A stretch of 64,000 nt of DNA from Parcubacteria group bacterium. GTDB lineage: Bacteria > Patescibacteriota > Minisyncoccia > SW-4-49-11. Below are positions 60,636 to 64,000 of the stretch, piece after piece. Below the pieces are notes generated by a model. The model did no database searches, was not told the origin of the DNA, and worked only from the letters and a program-made list of their open reading frames with translations. The stretch covers positions 136,026-200,025 of the forward strand of contig CALRBF010000001.1 of the NCBI GenBank assembly GCA_943354045.1, read 5' to 3'. Positions within the stretch are counted from its first letter, which is position 1. Every line of letters begins with the position of its first letter. The position numbers and the translations under genes were made by a program.

Positions 60636-61904
60636 TTAATTTTCTCGTATAATATCAAAACCTATATGACTAAGACGCTCTTCTATTTTTTCATATCCCC
60701 TATCAATATGATAAATATTATGAATTTCACTATCTCTCTCCGCAATTAAAGCTGCCAATAAAAATGTCATCCCTGCTCTCACATCGGGGCTTTCTATTTT
60801 ACGTCCATATAATTGGGTTGGTCCATTTACCACTACTCGATAGGGGTCACACATAATAATATTAGCCCCCATTTGATTTAATGTATCCGTATAAAATAAT
60901 CTCCCATCAAATATCGTTTCTTGTACCACTGATGTACCAGTAGCTTGAGTTAATAAAAGAGTAAATGGAGCTTGTAAATCAGTGACAAAACCAGGATATT
61001 CATGAGTTTTGAGCTGTAAAGCTTTATAGGAATGAGTATGAGGAATAATATGTACAAAATCAGCTCCCAATTCATATTGTATACCAACTAAATCAAGGAA
61101 TTTCCAAAATACTCTCAAATGATTTGGCTGTATATCAGTGACTACAATATCACTGCGGGTAAGAGCCGCTAAAATTGCAAATGTACCTGCCTCTAATCTA
61201 TCAGGTATATTAGTATATTCCACTGAAGATAATTCTGATACTCCTTCAATTTCAATTTGTGAGGTACCATCTCCTTTTATTTGAGCTCCCGCTCCTCTCA
61301 GCATATCACATAAAGCCGTAATCTCAGGCTCAAGAGCAGCATTATAAATAATTGTTTTACCTTCTGCCTTTACTGCTGCCATAATCAAATTCTCAGTAGA
61401 TGTATGAGAAATCCATTTGAATATATATTCTATGCCTATAAGTCTTTTATTAGGTAATCGGAATATATATTTTTGATTATCTTCAATAACTTCAGCCCCC
61501 ATTAATCTAAGACTTTCTAATGTCATATCAATTGGCCTACGACCAATTGCATCTCCTCCAGGATGAGGAAATTCAACTTCTCCAAAACGAATTAATAATG
61601 GAGCAATAAACAAAAATGATGCACGCATTTTGATTGCAAGTTCAATAGGAATATTATTATTATCAATAGTAGTGGTATCAATAGTATAAGAATGTTGGGC
61701 GATTTTTTTTACCCTAGCCCCAAGCTCAATCAATATCGCAATCATATCCCGAATATCATCAATATCAGGAATATTATGTAAAGTCACAACTCCATTGATC
61801 AGTAGAGTAGCTGGCAATAATTTTATTGCTGAATTCTTGGCTCCATATACGGGAATAGAACCCTTTTTACCGAATTGATTCCCTTTAATTTTAAACTTTT
61901 GCAT
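60636..61904 (-). CDS. murA: UDP-N-acetylglucosamine 1-carboxyvinyltransferase
   Basis: MQKFKIKGNQFGKKGSIPVYGAKNSAIKLLPATLL N-terminus, EPT fold, 422 aa. Confidence 0.9.
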   Translation of the reverse strand: MQKFKIKGNQFGKKGSIPVYGAKNSAIKLLPATLLINGVVTLHNIPDIDDIRDMIAILIELGARVKKIAQHSYTIDTTTIDNNNIPIELAIKMRASFLFIAPLLIRFGEVEFPHPGGDAIGRRPIDMTLESLRLMGAEVIEDNQKYIFRLPNKRLIGIEYIFKWISHTSTENLIMAAVKAEGKTIIYNAALEPEITALCDMLRGAGAQIKGDGTSQIEIEGVSELSSVEYTNIPDRLEAGTFAILAALTRSDIVVTDIQPNHLRVFWKFLDLVGIQYELGADFVHIIPHTHSYKALQLKTHEYPGFVTDLQAPFTLLLTQATGTSVVQETIFDGRLFYTDTLNQMGANIIMCDPYRVVVNGPTQLYGRKIESPDVRAGMTFLLAALIAERDSEIHNIYHIDRGYEKIEERLSHIGFDIIREN

Positions 61905-61908
61905 AATG

Positions 61909-63210
61909 TTATTTTTCTAATAATTTCAGTATTTCCTCCGTATCATTCCAATTTTCTTTTTCTCCCTTGGCTCTCATAATACTAGTTTCACTCCCCTTCC
62001 CTGTTACAATAATCACATCTTCTCTCTCAGCTAAAGCAAGTGCTTTTATAATAGCATCTCGGCGAGATAATACTTTCCAGGCATTCGTATTCTCAATTTT
62101 TCCTGACTCAAGTACCCCTGAGAATACCTCATCAATAATAGCTTGGGGATTCTCATCATAAGGATCCTCATCAGTTACAATAACATAATCATTCATCTGA
62201 CCTGCGATTTTACCCATTGGGGATCGCTTCCATGTATCTCTTCCTCCGCCACAAGAACCTAATATTGCAATAGTTTTTCCCTTCCCTTTAAAACTCATAT
62301 TTATAGTTTGATATACTTTTTCCAAAGCCTCTGGAATATGAGCATAATCAACAAAAATTGTTGGGTTTGTAGCAATTTTATTCATACGACCCGGAATATC
62401 ATTCAAGATAGACAACATTTTATTAATAGTTTCATATTCAAAACCCAACCAATGAGCAATACCGATTACAAACAATAGATTATATCCCATAAATTCTCCG
62501 AGAACCGGAGTATTAACTTGATATGATGTATTAAGGACTTTATCAGTATACGTGAATACTAATCCATTTTCATCTGACTGAATCGATTGCATTTGTATAC
62601 TGGATTTATCTGATTTACCAATTGAATATACTGGATTTTGCGTCAAATTACGATAATATTCTTGATGCTCATCATCTTGATTTACCCATGCAATAGGTTT
62701 AATAGATTTATTTTGAATAGTTTTAGTTTGAGCCTTATTAAAGACTTGAAATAATACTCCTTTAGCTTTTTTGTAATTCTCAAAGCCACCATGAGCTTCC
62801 AAATGTTCTGGATATAAGTTCGTAATTACAACAGAGTCAAAATGAATACCAAGATGACGATTTTGAGCAAGCCCCTCACTAGTAACCTCAACAATAAAAA
62901 CAGTTGCTCCATTGTTTTGAGACTCTCTCATTAATTGATGAATTTTACCCCTGCCTGGCATAGAATTACGAATAGGATTTTTGGTTAATTCTTTACCATT
63001 ACTGGTATAGACAGAAGAAGATAATCCTACCTTAAGACCTAATTTAACAAGCACTTGATACAAAGCATAAACCGTACTCGTCTTACCCTTGGTTCCTGTA
63101 ATTCCTATTACAATTATTGATTCACTTGGCCTACCTGTAAGGAAATGTGTCCCATAGGTAATTCCAATATGATAATATGATTTTAATTTTGATATAAGTG
63201 ACTGTGCCAT
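61909..63210 (-). CDS. Mur ligase family protein (MurE/MurF-type core with short N-terminus)
   Basis: P-loop GITGTKGKTST, and VDYAHIPEALE and GSCGGGRDTWKR motifs typical of MurE-type ligases. Only about 35 aa precede the P-loop. Confidence 0.6.
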   Translation of the reverse strand: MAQSLISKLKSYYHIGITYGTHFLTGRPSESIIVIGITGTKGKTSTVYALYQVLVKLGLKVGLSSSVYTSNGKELTKNPIRNSMPGRGKIHQLMRESQNNGATVFIVEVTSEGLAQNRHLGIHFDSVVITNLYPEHLEAHGGFENYKKAKGVLFQVFNKAQTKTIQNKSIKPIAWVNQDDEHQEYYRNLTQNPVYSIGKSDKSSIQMQSIQSDENGLVFTYTDKVLNTSYQVNTPVLGEFMGYNLLFVIGIAHWLGFEYETINKMLSILNDIPGRMNKIATNPTIFVDYAHIPEALEKVYQTINMSFKGKGKTIAILGSCGGGRDTWKRSPMGKIAGQMNDYVIVTDEDPYDENPQAIIDEVFSGVLESGKIENTNAWKVLSRRDAIIKALALAEREDVIIVTGKGSETSIMRAKGEKENWNDTEEILKLLEK

Positions 63211-63221
63211 AATTGAATTAA

Positions 63222-63884
63222 TTATGCCTTTAGTATATTGATTAATTCCTGATAACTTTGAGTTGGATTATCTGTCTTAAATATAGCACTTCCAATAGCA
63301 ATACGATTAACACCTAAATTTTGGATATTAGTAAGATTTTCTTTAGTCACTCCCCCATCCCAAGCTATATCTCCTTCATACATGGTATAACGCTCTTTAA
63401 ATTCAGTAACCTTATTATACACCTTATCTTGTAATACAGCTCCATAAAAACCAGGATTTACTCCCATAAATTGTACTCCATCGATTTTCTTTACCACTTT
63501 ACCAATATCCCGTATATCTGTATCTGGGTTAATTGCAATGGCAATTTCTTTATTAATTCCCTTTACTTGATTCACTAATTGTCGTAATTGTTCAAGATTT
63601 TCACAACTTTCTTGATGTACAATAATACGACTAACTGGAGCAAATGATTTTAAACTTTCAATAATATCCTGAGTATTTTTGAAAGTCGCCATGATATGAA
63701 TTTCTAACTTTAAATTTCCAAAATCTTCATAGAAAAACTCCCTCGGGAATAAAGATTTACTCTCTACAAATTCCCCATCCATAATATCTATTTGAATATA
63801 CTCAGCTACCGATTTAATAGCTGATAAATACTCTCTAAACTCTTGCTTGGAACTAGCCAAAATAGCTGGAATAACAATACTCAT
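63222..63884 (-). CDS. rpe: Ribulose-phosphate 3-epimerase
   Basis: MSIVIPAILASS ... IQIDIMDGEFV N-terminal pattern of Rpe (TIM barrel), 220 aa. Confidence 0.8.
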   Translation of the reverse strand: MSIVIPAILASSKQEFREYLSAIKSVAEYIQIDIMDGEFVESKSLFPREFFYEDFGNLKLEIHIMATFKNTQDIIESLKSFAPVSRIIVHQESCENLEQLRQLVNQVKGINKEIAIAINPDTDIRDIGKVVKKIDGVQFMGVNPGFYGAVLQDKVYNKVTEFKERYTMYEGDIAWDGGVTKENLTNIQNLGVNRIAIGSAIFKTDNPTQSYQELINILKA

Positions 63885-64000
63885 AAATTATAGTTTAAAT
63901 TTAATGTTATCATAGCATATTTTGGGAAATATTTGAATTATAAATTATGAATAATATCATTCCTTCATAGCTGAGGGGGGAACTTAGCTCAGTCCTCCTC

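Noticed and set aside
63968-64000. GGGGGGAACTTAGCTCAGTCCTCCTC at the window edge resembling a tRNA 5' end (acceptor + TAGCTCAGT D-arm start)
   Set aside because: It is truncated by the window. The D loop lacks the conserved GG18-19 (it reads AGTCCTCC), so a canonical tRNA cannot be supported from what is visible.

Overview
This 64-kb window comes from a small, AT-rich (about 33% GC), very gene-dense bacterial chromosome that reads cleanly with the standard genetic code. The content is mostly housekeeping genes, chiefly on the minus strand, and includes gltX, tgt, recO, two tandem RNase J genes, pyrG, tpiA, uppP, rnc, nusB, ftsH, rpsA, ftsA, ybeY, lepB, radC, ruvX, parA, parB, gyrB, miaA, mreB, rel, murA, rpe and several ribosomal protein genes. 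The small cell-wall, glycosyltransferase and pilus gene repertoire looks like a reduced CPR/Patescibacteria-type lineage, but that is inference. I found five tRNA genes, none with an encoded CCA: Gln-UUG, Lys-CUU, Ile-UAU, Arg-CCU, and a truncated tRNA-like minihelix. The most unusual items are these: (i) two paralogous giant proteins (548 and 570 aa) that start with a type IV prepilin leader and helix and carry a large C-terminal domain of conserved blocks and variable inserts; (ii) ftsA followed by a 590-aa acidic coiled-coil protein instead of ftsZ, with the rpsU-yqeY-ybeY-ftsA operon bracketed by two related GC-rich, hairpin-dense repeats that share exact 19- and ~30-nt blocks; (iii) a HisRS-like protein that lacks the catalytic motifs; (iv) a second RNase J with a degenerate metal-binding motif; (v) tRNA-Ile with a genomically encoded UAU anticodon; (vi) two palindromic operator candidates between a pilin gene and a znuABC zinc-uptake operon; (vii) a 450-bp spacer inside a response-regulator/histidine-kinase pair that holds a terminator and a possible 50-aa ORF. 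I saw no CRISPR array, IS element or prophage.
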